The notes beneath the pieces are model-generated. The model saw only the letters and a program-made list of their open reading frames with translations, did no database searches and was not told the DNA's origin. From Thraustochytrium aureum (lineage: Eukaryota), in NCBI GenBank assembly GCA_012862495.1, contig BLSG01000044.1:1-40494 (forward strand): a DNA stretch of 40,494 nucleotides, in the 5' to 3' direction. Made by a program: the position numbers and the translations under genes. Each line of letters begins with the position of its first letter. Within the stretch, counting starts at the first letter, position 1. Below are positions 10,674 to 22,747 of the stretch, one piece after another.

Positions 10674-12840
10674 ATGGCGGACGCCGCGCGCTCGGCGGCA
10701 GCCCACGGGCAGGTCGACTACTACGCACTCCTAAACGTGCCGCAGCACGCGCCCCGCGACGCCATCAAAGCAGCGTACACCCGGCTGGCGCGCGTGCTCC
10801 ACCCAGACAAGATTAGCGCTGGCTCGACAGTGTCGCCGTCCGAGCGCCGCGAGGCGCAGGAGCTGTTCATATTGGTTGACCGTGCTTACAAAGTCCTAAG
10901 CAGCGACACAGACCGCGCAGTGTACGACGCGTTTGGCCACGAGGGACTAGACGCGCTGCATAGCCTCAGCGCGGAGCAGCGCAAGCGACGCGAAGCTGAC
11001 GATGGACACCTGAGCTTGTCGCCAGGGCAGGTTGGCTTTGTTGACGAGCGCGGCCGCGCGCTCCGAGACAAGCTGCTTGGTCGGGTGCATCTGGAGCGGG
11101 AGCTCGAGGCTATCAATCGCTTCAACGTCCGAGGCGCCATTCAAATCAACGTGAATGCCGCTGGCCTCGTGGGGAATGCCTTCGAGCCACTTTCAGAATA
11201 CGATCTTTACGACGCTGCGGACGGGGGACTCAGGCTCGCGTTTGAGCCGCCAAAAGTGACGGGTGTCGTGGTTCAACAAAGTGTAGAGGCGGCCTTGTCG
11301 CGCTCGGACACAATCACGTTGGGGGCGCACTCGGTGACTCGCGGCACTGCAGGGATGCACAGCCTCACGTTGGCGCACGCGCACAAGTTCTCCCAGTCTA
11401 CTTCCTCGGAGGTTTCTCTGACGAGCTCGGCGCGTGACCCGCTGGGCGGCTCCCTGAAGGCGAATCGCACGCTGGATCAGTACACGCAAGGCTCGCTCGA
11501 GTTTGTCGTGCGGGATCGTCGAACTGGGCTCAATGTCCAGGCGGCACGCAAACTCTCCGACACAACAACTGGCTCGCTTCAGCTCGGCTTTGGCGTAGAG
11601 TCTGGCCTACTGCTGCAGCTCAACCGCTCGGCTCGATTCGGCCCGCGTCGCGTGCGGTCCAAGCGCGAGCAGGAGGAGGAGTTTTTCAAAAGCTACTACG
11701 GTGAGAAGCCTGGCGAACAGACTGACGAGTCGGGCACTTTCGCTGCTGGAGCAACCAAAGGCCCCGTCTCCTACGAGGATGAGACCCAGGAGGACGCCGA
11801 CTTGATGACCACTTACTTTAGCAACGGCAGTGCGGTCCTCTTTCTGGGTGGGGGAGGCGTTGGCGTCCATGCAGGCTGGTCCCGCAGTCTCACCGCGAAG
11901 ACCCAGGCTAAGATTGGGGTCAAGGTCAGCACATCGTCGCTCGAGATCGAGCTGACGTCCTCGCGAGCGCTTTCGGCGCACTCCAAGGGCAACGTCTCGC
12001 TGACGCTTGGACTCAGCGGTGTTCGCATAACCGCGCGGTATGACCGTGGCGGTCTTCGCTATGTTGTTCCACTGGTCCTGTCCCTCCACCATGTCGTTTG
12101 GTGCCGCGCTGGTCGGTGGCGCTATCCCAGCCCTCGTCACCTACAGTTTCTCGGCGCTCCTCGGGCCGCACCTTGAGCGCCGCCGTGCGATGCGACGATT
12201 TCGGCTGCAAGAGCACCTCATCGCATCTCGCACCAAAGCGCTTGCGCAACGCGGGCTGATGGGCAAGGCAACGGCGGCAAAGGTTGCGCAGGCAAACAAA
12301 GACCACGGCCTTGTTGTCCTGCGTGCTCGGTACGGTGCACGGCTGCATGAGCCGTGCGATTGGCGGCCAGTCGAGCCCCCGCAGCTCGAGGACTTCGTGC
12401 TCCTCGAGCAAGCGCGCCCTCGGCTTCCGAGCGACTGGGACGTAGACGACGAGGTGGCTGATGACACAGGCGAGCGTTTTCGCCGCACAGCCTCGGCACC
12501 GCGCAGCGAGCCCTCGAGCCGGTCCCCAGCCAGTTCGTTGCAAGAGACGTACGCCGAGCACCCGCCCAACATCGATGTTACGACGCAGCTGAACTTTCTT
12601 GCAAATGGAACTTCCTTGGAGCTGCACGGTGGCGTCTCCAAGGCGCAGCTTCTTGGGTTTTACGACCCGTGCCTCGCCATGGACGGCGTCCAGCCTCGAC
12701 TCTACGTTCGCTACAAGCTGGCCAGTTGGGTATTCGAGGCCACCTTTGACGACCTAGAGCCCGTCGAGCTGCCGAGCGTGAGGGCCACGCTTATTGGAAA
12801 CGAGCTCTCAGAAGGGGCCGTGGATTGGGCGAGCCGCTGA
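10674..12840 (+). CDS. DNAJC11: DnaJ subfamily C member 11-like protein; one frameshift at ~12082-12084
   Basis: N-terminal J-domain (DYYALLNV...LHPDK), beta-rich middle, and DUF3395-like C-terminus (GLVVLRARYG, IDVTTQL, SKAQLLGFYDPC, RLYVRY). Confidence 0.88.
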
Positions 12841-13124
12841 CCGCTGTGGCGTGCAAAACTCTATTTTTTTGGTTTTGCGAGACAAAGCACTTTCTCTTCG
12901 AGTTTGAGTGAGTTTTCTTTTTTCGGGTCTTTTTCGAACGGACGAACCGCACCCGCCTGTTGCCTCGCGCCCGTTCAGCAAGGCTAAGCCGCCCTAGGCC
13001 AGCCGAGGGCTACAAGCGAAAAAGCTGCATCTCCAAACCAACGCAAAGGGTCCGTCGGCCTTTGCTTGCCGTCCACCCTTCAACCGCCCGGCAAAGCCGC
13101 CAGTGCCTTGATGAGCAAGCCCTG

Positions 13125-14228
13125 TCAGCCTGTTGCTTGGCCTGCCAGATGTAGGCTCGCCGCGCCAACGACAAAGAGAAAGACAAACAGTACCACGTCG
13201 TCCGTCACGGACTGCACCAGGCCCACCATCGACAAGGCCCGGTTGATCGCGGGGCTCATCGAGCCCAAATTTGCTAGCATCGCAAGAGGACCTGACCAAG
13301 CCCCAGCCTTCTTCGCCGGAGCGGTGCTCAGAATCGAGAAGGGTACCTGGCCAACAACTGAAGAGACAAGGTGCACCGCGACGCGCACCACAAAGGCCGC
13401 AACCGGAACCGACAACCAGCCACCGACCGGTGCGTGTGCCATGTTGAGCAAAACACCGCCGCCTTGAAAAGCAGATCCTGCTGTACCAGCCTCACCATCA
13501 GAATCGTCGAGGTCAAGGATGGCCTCTGCATCGGCCCCCCAGGCGTCATCCGCCGGCCCGGCTTTGAACGGATCACCGAGTTGTCCTGACTGCTGCGGCT
13601 CGACCACCTCACCGCGCAGGGAGAAGAGGCTTGCAAAATAGAGCGCAAAAGTGAGAACCGCTGCTTGTCGAAGCCAAAACTCGCGGACTGCCCACCGGTC
13701 ACGGCGCAGCTTCTCGCGCAGCTTCTTCATCGTGCCAATGTCCTCCTCGGGCTCCTCGTTGCCGCCGTGTGTCACCTGCGCCGACGTTTCGCCACCCCCC
13801 TCTGCGCCGGCATTGGTGCGGCGACGAAGTTCGCTGGACCCTTGTGCTGTGCCCTTGGACACAGACTCGTCAGAGAGGGGGGTCTCTTTGAACTGCAGCT
13901 CCACCACGGGGGCTTTCTCTGCGGCCTCTTTCCAACGCTCTTCCCACTTGGCAAGCTTGGGCCCTCCTTCGGGGCCCGCGTTCGTCGGTGCGGGGTCTGT
14001 ACCACAGGCTTCTGACTCGCACTCTCGCTTCGAGTCTTGGGCGACCGCGTCGCGTGAGCCCGTCAAAACGTCCATGCGGTTCGCACCGCGGTTCAAGATC
14101 TTTTGCCTCCGCTTCCACGCTCGAAGCGCCGCAGCCGAGAGCCCAGGGGGTGGCTGCAGCTCGCCAGAAGCCGCATCCTGTGCGAGGAGCTCGTCGGCTG
14201 CCTCTGCCAGAAGGTCATCGTCGCCCAT
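13125..14228 (-). CDS. GET2: GET2/CAML-like ER membrane insertase subunit (putative)
   Basis: N-terminal basic motif KRRQKILNRGANRMDVLTG, long charged linker, three C-terminal hydrophobic segments, the last being TDDVVLFVFLFVV. Confidence 0.65.
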   Translation of the reverse strand: MGDDDLLAEAADELLAQDAASGELQPPPGLSAAALRAWKRRQKILNRGANRMDVLTGSRDAVAQDSKRECESEACGTDPAPTNAGPEGGPKLAKWEERWKEAAEKAPVVELQFKETPLSDESVSKGTAQGSSELRRRTNAGAEGGGETSAQVTHGGNEEPEEDIGTMKKLREKLRRDRWAVREFWLRQAAVLTFALYFASLFSLRGEVVEPQQSGQLGDPFKAGPADDAWGADAEAILDLDDSDGEAGTAGSAFQGGGVLLNMAHAPVGGWLSVPVAAFVVRVAVHLVSSVVGQVPFSILSTAPAKKAGAWSGPLAMLANLGSMSPAINRALSMVGLVQSVTDDVVLFVFLFVVGAASLHLAGQATG

Positions 14229-14863
14229 GCTGAAGTGGACCTGCGAAGTGCGCCTCGCCAGCTCGTGTCGCCCTGCGGCGTCAGCGAGTTGCCCGCTTGC
14301 CAGAACAGTGCTTCGGGAGCCAGCCTGTCAACCTGGCAGCGCGTTCGTTGCCTCAGGCTTGGCGGACTGCCCGCCGACCAGCCGGCTGAATGAGGAAGGA
14401 CGCGGTCGGAGGCATGAAGGACATCGGTCGGAGGCAGGCAGGTGGAAGGAATTTGTGTTCGCTGCTGCCCCTGCCAAGTTGCCAACCTCTGCAACTTATG
14501 TCGGAGTTTGGAGGAGGTATCGACTGCCCCACAAGGCGAAACCGCCGAGACTGCTACCGGTAGGTACTCTTACTAGTTACTAGTAGTCCTCTTACTGGCT
14601 CAGATCTGAGCTCTCTGCTTGCAAACGAACGTTGTTCTCAATTTCTCCTCGAAACGCACGTCGTTGGTTTTGGTTACGCCGGCAGATTGTCATCGCACAT
14701 TGATCCCGATGCCACCCACCCCTCCTCCAGCTCCAGCAGACTCGGACGCTGCCGCTCGCTCTGCCCCGCCTGCGCGCAAACTGTTGCTACCAACAACGAG
14801 CCAAGCAAAGCGCTGCGAGGCCCAGCGCCAAGCCCTCGGCCGACCTGCAAAGAGCCCGCAAGC

Positions 14864-17795
14864 ATGGGCTGCACTTCCAGCGCCCCCCAAGAGAGCGGCA
14901 GCTCGAAGGCAGAGGAGACACTCAAGCTGTTCGAGGCTCACGTGGACGTCGCAGTCGAGCAGCACGCGCTCGACATGCGCGCTTTGGTGCTGCTGATCTG
15001 GACAGCGCGAGACACGCCAAAATTCACGCGCCTTGTGGTTGATCTCCTCACGCTCTGCGCTAACGAACGCGACTCGTTCAACGGAATCGAGTTTTATCTC
15101 CCGCAGCTCGCGCACATGCTCGTCCACCTCGAGGTGGACTGGCCCGAGTCTGTACTCGAGCAGTTCGTGCTGGTCGTGGCACAGCAGTCAATACACCTCG
15201 CACTGCAGCTCGGGTGGATTCTGGGCGGATTCATGGAGGACTATCAGACCGAGCTTCCCGACGGCAAACCAAACCCGAACGCTGACCCAGTCCTATACTA
15301 CAGGTGCGCCGCCATGATGGAAAAGCTCGAGCTCTCTGTCGTGTACGGCAGCCCGTTGAGCAACGCGTTCGCAAAGCTCTACGCCGAAAGGCTGGTATCT
15401 CGCGACGAGCTCATGGAGCTGGAGCGCTCCGACCGCGTCTTCCAGGCTCTCTGCATCTCTAGCGAACTCGAAGGGCGCGTCGGGTTTACTTTTGACGGCC
15501 TCCTTGGCTACAAGCGGTGGAACCCGCGCGGCGTGTTCCATCGCGACGCCTGGATCGAGCGACGCTTCCTCATCAACCAGCGCGTCCTCTACTGCCTCCG
15601 CGCCTCCGACGGCACCATCAAGCGCTCTATCGCGCTTGCCGACTGCTCGGTCGAGGTTACGCCCGGCAACCCGTGCCTCGGCTACTACCACTTCGAGGTG
15701 CGCGAGATTGAGCGCGACCGCAAGTTTCTCCTTCGCGCACGGTCGGAGAAGGAGATGAACGACTGGATCAGCGCACTGCGCCGTGCGATCAACGCCCCAC
15801 CCCACCCCTCCGCAGACACACGCTGTAGACTTGCCGTCTCTGAAACCAGCGCAGGTGGCCCGCTATGGCTTCTTCCGCTCCGAGCGGGCCTTTGTGCGGA
15901 CGCTGACTGACATTTGCGAGGAGCTTCGCTTCGTGCCTATCCCAGAGCGCAAATCGCAGCTCCGTGTCAAGCTGGCCAAGCTCCAGGTACCAGGGTGTGT
16001 CTACGTTCCGCTTTGCGGGAGTACAGACCCGTGGGAGCGAGTCGTGCGCCCTGTGCCGGAGCACTCTTCGGCGTTCTCGACTCGGGAGCGGTGCCCCTGC
16101 TTGATGTCATTTGACGTTACTTCAGACGACCCTGACCGCCGCGAAGACGTCGCCACATACCTTTTCCAGACCCTCGGTTTCGACGACGAGGGCATTGTCG
16201 ATTTGGAGGACGGCGCCGAAAACATCGAGGCTGTGAACGCGCACCCGGATGGCCCGAGCCCCGGCAGTAGCGGCCAGGAGCTTGACACGGGGGAAGAAAA
16301 CAGCGGCCAAACTATGGGCGAGGAGGCGCCAGGATCCAATCCAAGTGATGCCTCTGCGGACCTGTCGGCACAGTCCCAAACGCACCCCGCGCGGTCTGAT
16401 TCAGTGTCCTCCAAGCGCGCAGCGATGCGGTCCGAGTTTGCGCGGAGCGCGCGCAACTCCGTTACCAGCCTTGACTTGGCTGGGATTAGTGACGCACTCG
16501 CCTCTGCCACACCGACGCATGCAAGCCGAGCTTCTCGAACGGGCACCTTTGACGCCACATCGCCGCCCAACCTGTGGGTCGACGACGCACGTGCTCGCCC
16601 GGAGCACAAACGTGCCGGTGCCGGTGGTGCAGATAGAATCCCTGGGGGTGCGTCCGGGCAGCAGAACCCTGATGGCAACGCTTCGCTTAGCACCCGGCAC
16701 GCGATGCGCGCCGCCGTGCTCAAGGTCGAGGCCGTTCAGCTGCTCACTGGACGCAAGGCGAATGGCGCGCTACCCGCTGTCCCACGTGGTGACCAGCAGC
16801 CCGCTTCTTTCGCTCGGCGTGGCAAATTTCTGCCCGCCCTCGGCAAGTACATGGCCGCCAGCGCAAGCGACGAGCCTGCGCAGGCGCCGGTGCCAGCCCA
16901 AGAGGCTGTGGAGGAAGGCCACGAGCGCTTCGACTCGCTCGGGGCCGGGGACGCTCCAATCCAGACTTGGGAGGGGAAGCTCATCGCCAAGAGCAACGAC
17001 GACCTGCGCCAAGAGGTTTTCATCATGCAGTTAATCCACTTTCTGCACGACATCTGGGCCGACAAGGGGCTCAGCCTATACCTCAACCCCTATCGGATCA
17101 TGTCAACCGCGCAGACCTGCGGGCTGATCGAGCTGCTTCAGGGCTCCAACTCGTTCGACGGTCTGAAAAAGGACAACGACAAAGTGCTCATCGGCGACTA
17201 CTTTGCCCGCACGTTTCAGGACGCCGACAAGCTCGCTCAAGTTCGCCGCAATTTTACCGAGTCGATGGCAGGCTACAGCCTCGCCTGCTACATCCTTGGC
17301 ATCAAAGATCGCCACAACGGCAACATCATGCTGCATCTCGAAACGGGCCGTGTTTCGCACATCGACTTTGGGTTTGTGCTGGGCATGGCTCCGGGTAAGG
17401 ACAAAGTCAAGCACACCAACTTCAGCATGGAACGCGCCGCATTCAAGTTGACGCCAGAGCTCGTGGGTGCTATGGGAGGGAAATCGTCAGAGAACTGGGA
17501 GTATTTCAACACCTTGCTCGCCGAAGGCCTCCTCGAAGCGCGCCAATTCGCGGATACGCTCCTTGTTCTCGTCGAGATCACAGGGTACCGTTCCAAGCTC
17601 CCTTGCTTCAACCAGCCCGGGGGCGGGGTCAAACGTGTCTTGCGTGAGCTACGCGAGCGCCTCATGCTTGACCTCTCCGAGAAGCAGGTTCGTAAGAAGA
17701 TGCGCCGCCTGGCGGAGCACGCTTCGACATCGCGGCTCACGCACCTCTACGAGGTCTTTCAGAAACGTAGCAATGGCATCGAGCCGTGCCAGTAG
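14864..17795 (+). CDS. Type III phosphatidylinositol 4-kinase with internal PH domain; one frameshift at ~15795-15808
   Basis: IEFYLPQL helical domain; PH domain ending EMNDWISALRRAI; kinase motifs FSTRERCP, KSNDDLRQE, IKDRHNGNIML, HIDFGF; N-terminus MGCTSS. Confidence 0.9.
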
Positions 17796-18143
17796 AGTAA
17801 ATCCGAGCATCAGGGCCTCCAAGACGGACAGACCTCAAGCGAGCGCCATGAGCGCGCGCGCACTCTTCTCTCCAAATGAAAATCCAAATTAGGAAGCTCT
17901 CTCCGACGTTAGTCTCCTTTCTCGATGGGTAGTGAGTAGAGTACTCTACCCTGATGAACAACGGCCGGGCGACGGCCAAGAGCGAAAACGGGCAACACGA
18001 ATCGAGACTCGACAGCGCGAAGGGCGTGATCCCCCCTTCGAGGCGACTGACCGCACCTCTCTGCATTGCATTCGAGGCTTCAGATCGCGCGCCTCATGGT
18101 CGCTGGAAGACGAGCGGCTCGCGTTGAAAAAATGCAAATTGCC

Positions 18144-19086
18144 TCAGCGCCCACAGGCGCTGCAGCCTGGTCCGCTTTCGGCCTTTCGCTGAGCGATGTC
18201 TTCAATAAGAGGCCTCCACTCGGCTTCGTCCCAGGACACGATCCGGCGCTGTTCTTGCACCAAGCGGTTGTAGGGCTGATCGAAAAGAACGTGTTCCCAT
18301 GCCGGGCGTTCAACAAGGCCTGATATCTTGGGGCGGTCGTCGATGAGCAGATCACCTGCGACAATTGTCTTGTCCTTTGTAAGGACTATACGCTTCGTCC
18401 ACTCGCGCCCCAGATGCTTTTCCACCCACGCATACTTTTCGCGCAGTACGAAGGTGTAGTTGGAGAGCGGTGAGGTGCACAGCAAAACGACGAGTTGTGG
18501 GTCGCGCCCCATGGCAAGCAGGGCGTCGACCGAGCCGGGAATCGGCTCAAGCTCCAGGAAGAACCCCTCCGACTCCGAGATCGCCTTGACGCGCTGGGAG
18601 GCGACCGGGCCGAACTTGCGAGCATAGTTCTCGTGCATGTAAAACTCTTCACGGTCTAGTGCAGCGTCTTGCTCGGTTAGCCGGAGGATGTGGCGCGGCG
18701 CACTGGAAGGAGCCAAAGTCCCGACGGAGCGAGGCGAGACAGAGCTATCAGCGCAGCATGGCCCTAGCTTTACCGTCGCAGCCTAAAACGGCAAACGTAC
18801 CGCTGGATAGGCAGAGCACCGGCTCGTCGGGGAACAGCCGTGCGTAGCGCTCGTTGACACCTTTGTCAAAGTCGCACACCACACCGTCCAAGTCCACCAG
18901 CACCATGACCTTGGCAGGTAGCTCGTGGGCTCCCTCCGCATCTTCGCTCTCGGCAGCGCCATCCTGTGCAGCGACCAGGGCGGCCGCCGAGCGCGCAGCG
19001 GCCCCTTCCCCTCCATCTCCTCTGTGCAAGCAGTCACGGTCGCGGTCTACTTCTGCAGGTACAGCGTTTTGTTCGCCGGCGCACAC
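18144..19086 (-). CDS. NT5C: 5'(3')-deoxyribonucleotidase (HAD family); intron 18656-18800; start uncertain
   Basis: HAD motif I LVDLDGVVCDF, plus GFFLELEPIPG, CTSP, EKYAWVEKHLG, DKTIVAGDLLIDDRP. A 145-nt GTACGT...CTAAC...TAG intron joins the two ORFs in frame (LSS-DREEFY). Confidence 0.92.
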
Positions 19087-19130
19087 ACACGCGCACGAAC
19101 CACTGCACGCGTGCGCAGTTGACCATCGCG

Positions 19131-19225
19131 ACCAGCCTCGCAGCCTCGCAGCTACGCAGCCACGCAGCCACGCAGCCTCGCAGCCTCGCAGCTACGCAGC
19201 CAGCGCCGCAGCCAGCGTCGCAGCC
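19131..19225. repeat. Degenerate 8-bp tandem repeat (CAGCCTCG/CAGCTACG/CAGCCACG)
   Basis: Directly visible. Confidence 0.8.
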
Positions 19226-19342
19226 GGTGAGCCTGTGAGCTACCCCGCAGTGAGCCAGCGCCAGAGGGCTCGCCGAGCTGCGCGCACACGGTTTCCTGTT
19301 GGGCAGGAGTGCGCGCGGCGCAGGTGGGGTATGCCAGCGAGG

Positions 19343-19413
19343 ATGGCGGCTGTCAAGAAAAGCCGCGGCGAGCTGAAAACGCTGCCGACTGGGCGGTTCA
19401 CCGCCGACCGCAA
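19343..19413 (+). CDS. Possible gene start (MAAVKKSRGELKTLPTGRFTADR...) running into a ~970-nt gap
   Basis: aggATGG context like the clathrin light chain start; open GC3-rich frame up to the gap. Confidence 0.25.
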
Positions 19414-20414
19414 NNNNNNNNNNNNNNNNNNNNNNNNNNNNNNNNNNNNNNNNNNNNNNNNNNNNNNNNNNNNNNNNNNNNNNNNNNNNNNNNNNNNNNN
19501 NNNNNNNNNNNNNNNNNNNNNNNNNNNNNNNNNNNNNNNNNNNNNNNNNNNNNNNNNNNNNNNNNNNNNNNNNNNNNNNNNNNNNNNNNNNNNNNNNNNN
19601 NNNNNNNNNNNNNNNNNNNNNNNNNNNNNNNNNNNNNNNNNNNNNNNNNNNNNNNNNNNNNNNNNNNNNNNNNNNNNNNNNNNNNNNNNNNNNNNNNNNN
19701 NNNNNNNNNNNNNNNNNNNNNNNNNNNNNNNNNNNNNNNNNNNNNNNNNNNNNNNNNNNNNNNNNNNNNNNNNNNNNNNNNNNNNNNNNNNNNNNNNNNN
19801 NNNNNNNNNNNNNNNNNNNNNNNNNNNNNNNNNNNNNNNNNNNNNNNNNNNNNNNNNNNNNNNNNNNNNNNNNNNNNNNNNNNNNNNNNNNNNNNNNNNN
19901 NNNNNNNNNNNNNNNNNNNNNNNNNNNNNNNNNNNNNNNNNNNNNNNNNNNNNNNNNNNNNNNNNNNNNNNNNNNNNNNNNNNNNNNNNNNNNNNNNNNN
20001 NNNNNNNNNNNNNNNNNNNNNNNNNNNNNNNNNNNNNNNNNNNNNNNNNNNNNNNNNNNNNNNNNNNNNNNNNNNNNNNNNNNNNNNNNNNNNNNNNNNN
20101 NNNNNNNNNNNNNNNNNNNNNNNNNNNNNNNNNNNNNNNNNNNNNNNNNNNNNNNNNNNNNNNNNNNNNNNNNNNNNNNNNNNNNNNNNNNNNNNNNNNN
20201 NNNNNNNNNNNNNNNNNNNNNNNNNNNNNNNNNNNNNNNNNNNNNNNNNNNNNNNNNNNNNNNNNNNNNNNNNNNNNNNNNNNNNNNNNNNNNNNNNNNN
20301 NNNNNNNNNNNNNNNNNNNNNNNNNNNNNNNNNNNNNNNNNNNNNNNNNNNNNNNNNNNNNNNNNNNNNNNNNNNNNNNNNNNNGCGTGCTAGACGACCC
20401 AGATTGCTCCAGTC

Positions 20415-21936
20415 TTACCTTTCCTTTTTGGACTGCTCGTCTGCCTCCGCCTCTGCTAGAATTTCGCGGAAGCGACGCATGAACGAACCAAAAGCGTACA
20501 GGAAGGAAGCGCCCAGAACAGTAGCGGCGGCCCCCACAAGCATGACGTTGTCAGGGAGCATGTCACGCGCCGAGAGCCGGCCCTCAAAGATGTCACCCAA
20601 GTTTGTCGCCGACGCACCAATCATCGTCCACAGCGAGGCGAAGGGAAACGAAGCGAACAACGATGCCAACCACACCTGGAAAATGGAAACGTCCAGGCAA
20701 CTCAATCCGTAGTTTTTCACGAGCATCGGCAAATAGGCGCACCTGATCATAATCAGCACAGGGAACCCCTCTGCCTTGACGGCCTTCTCCAAGGCCCTGA
20801 GTTTTGGGTACCGTGCCAGAAGGCGCTTTTGCATCAGACCTCGCAAAAGGTATCGCCCAATCAGCAACGACGCAATTGTGCCGAGGTTTTTGCCAATGAT
20901 AGACACGACCACACCGCGCCGAAAGCCAAATAGGTAGCCTGGGACCATCTCCAGGATCGAACAGGGCAACAACGCAGCGACCCAAGCAGCAAGGAAAACA
21001 ACGTAGTAAACGGGCCCCATGTCGCCCTGCTCGTGGATCCAGCCAACCGCCCCAAGCATTACCTCCTTCAACGGAGGGCAGGTTCTCGCGATGCGTCCAA
21101 TAGGCCGCTCCTGCAGCGCCAACCGCTGCGACGCCAGCGAGGAGCCGCCAGGTGCCACCCCATTTTGGCTGATTGGCCTCTTCGCTCTCCTCCGGCTCGA
21201 GCTCGGCAAGCGTCATTGCCATTCGCACTCGAACCTTGTTAAGCACCACAGCAGCGAACATAACGACGAGCACAAGGCTGCCAGCCAGAGCGGCTTGTTC
21301 CCGCGGGTTCGTGGGGACGAGGTCGACCAAGCGACGGTTGCCTGACATGATGCTCTGCAGGTCCTGCGAAGATGCGCCAAGAAAGGCCCACAGCGCGGAG
21401 AACGGCGTCCCAGCGATCACGGCAGAGACCACAAACTTCCAGGCCGGAATTTCAAGCACAGCCATGCCGTAATTCTTAAACACCATCGGCATGTATGAGA
21501 GGCGCACCACCACCATGACGCCAAGGCCCTCTTGTTCGATCGCACGACTGAGCGCCTTTGCACGCGGACTGGTCAGCAAAGTTGACTTGATCCGCTCCGC
21601 GAACAGGGCTCTGCAGAGACAGAGGCTGAGCACTGCCCCCATGACCTTGCCGCAGAGCGCGACTCCGAAGCCCGTCTTGAACCCGAACAGGAACCCTGGC
21701 AAAATCTCCACCACGGAGCAAGGTAGAAGACAGGCAATCCACACGGCCAAGAAAAGGGTGTAGTAGGCGGGGGCGAGCTCGCCCTGTTGGTGGATCCACT
21801 CGACGGCAGTCTCCACAGCCTCTTGGAGGCGCCAGTTGCTGTTGGTCGCCTCCGCGGAAGCTTGCAGCGCTGCAACCAGAACTGCCCCGCAGCAAAGCAG
21901 AGCAGCGGCTGTGCGCTGTGCTGTTGAACGCCTCAT
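20415..21936 (-). CDS. Membrane protein with two tandem VTT/DedA (SNARE_assoc, TVP38/TMEM64-like) domains; one frameshift at ~21073-21078
   Basis: Two homologous blocks: WIHQQGELAPAYY...LLPCSVVEILPGFLFG...RLSYMPMVFKNYG and WIHEQGDMGPVYY...LLPCSILEMVPGYLFG...RCAYLPMLVKNYG. Confidence 0.85.
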
Positions 21937-22075
21937 CGTGTCTCCCGGCTGGACGCACCTTGCAGCGACGGCTCGCGCGATGCTCGGTAGCTCTGGCTGG
22001 CTCTGGCAACCTGGCGAGGCGCTGGCGCCTCGCGCCAGCCTGTCTCGCTCCCCTGAATGCTCGTCTCTCTCTCTC

Positions 22076-22172
22076 GCCTCGAGTAGCCTCGAGTAGCCTC
22101 GAGTAGCCTCGAGTAGCCTCGAGTAGCCTCGAGTAGCCTCGAGTAGCCTCGAGTAGCCTCGAGTAGCCTCGA
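22076..22172. repeat. Perfect 10-bp minisatellite (GAGTAGCCTC) x9+
   Basis: Directly visible; the palindrome CTCGAG recurs every 10 bp. Confidence 0.95.
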
Positions 22173-22466
22173 AATCGAGTTCTGCTCTGCCTTGCGCCGC
22201 ATCTTGCGGATTCGCGTCAATCTGTTGTTGCTTGCACACACGACTCGAGCGGATTTCCGCGCCACAAGCATGGGCGACCGCAGTTGGTCTGGTGGGAGAG
22301 CGCATGCCCGCCGTGGCACTGTGTTCCTGACGCCTCATCAGCGCACCCACCCACGTGACGACAGCTGGCTTGTCTACAGCAAAACACACACCATGTGGGC
22401 CACAAAAGACGGACGCCAGACGAGAGGCTGTGATTCGGTGGCAGTCTGCAATCCCCACCCAGAAGG

Positions 22467-22470
<4 letters not shown>

Positions 22471-22522
<52 letters not shown>
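22471..22522. repeat. (CAG)n microsatellite abutting N-gap
   Basis: About 17 units visible before the gap. Confidence 0.95.
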
Positions 22523-22747
22523 NNNNNNNNNNNNNNNNNNNNNNNNNNNNNNNNNNNNNNNNNNNNNNNNNNNNNNNNNNNNNNNNNNNNNNNNNNNNNN
22601 NNNNNNNNNNNNNNNNNNNNNNNNNNNNNNNNNNNNNNNNNNNNNNNNNNNNNNNNNNNNNNNNNNNNNNNNNNNNNNNNNNNNNNNNNNNNNNNNNNNN
22701 NNNNNNNNNNNNNNNNNNNNNGTCTATTCAACCGCTTGCGCAAAAAG

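Noticed and set aside
22076..22172. Tandem repeats as a CRISPR array or telomere
   Set aside because: No unique spacers, no cas genes, eukaryotic context; the unit is not TTAGGG-like and is internal.
22355..22747. Poly-Q N-terminal extension of adenosine kinase (and poly-C/poly-A in other frames)
   Set aside because: Artefact of reading through the CAG microsatellite and the N-gap; ADK has its own ATG at 22748.
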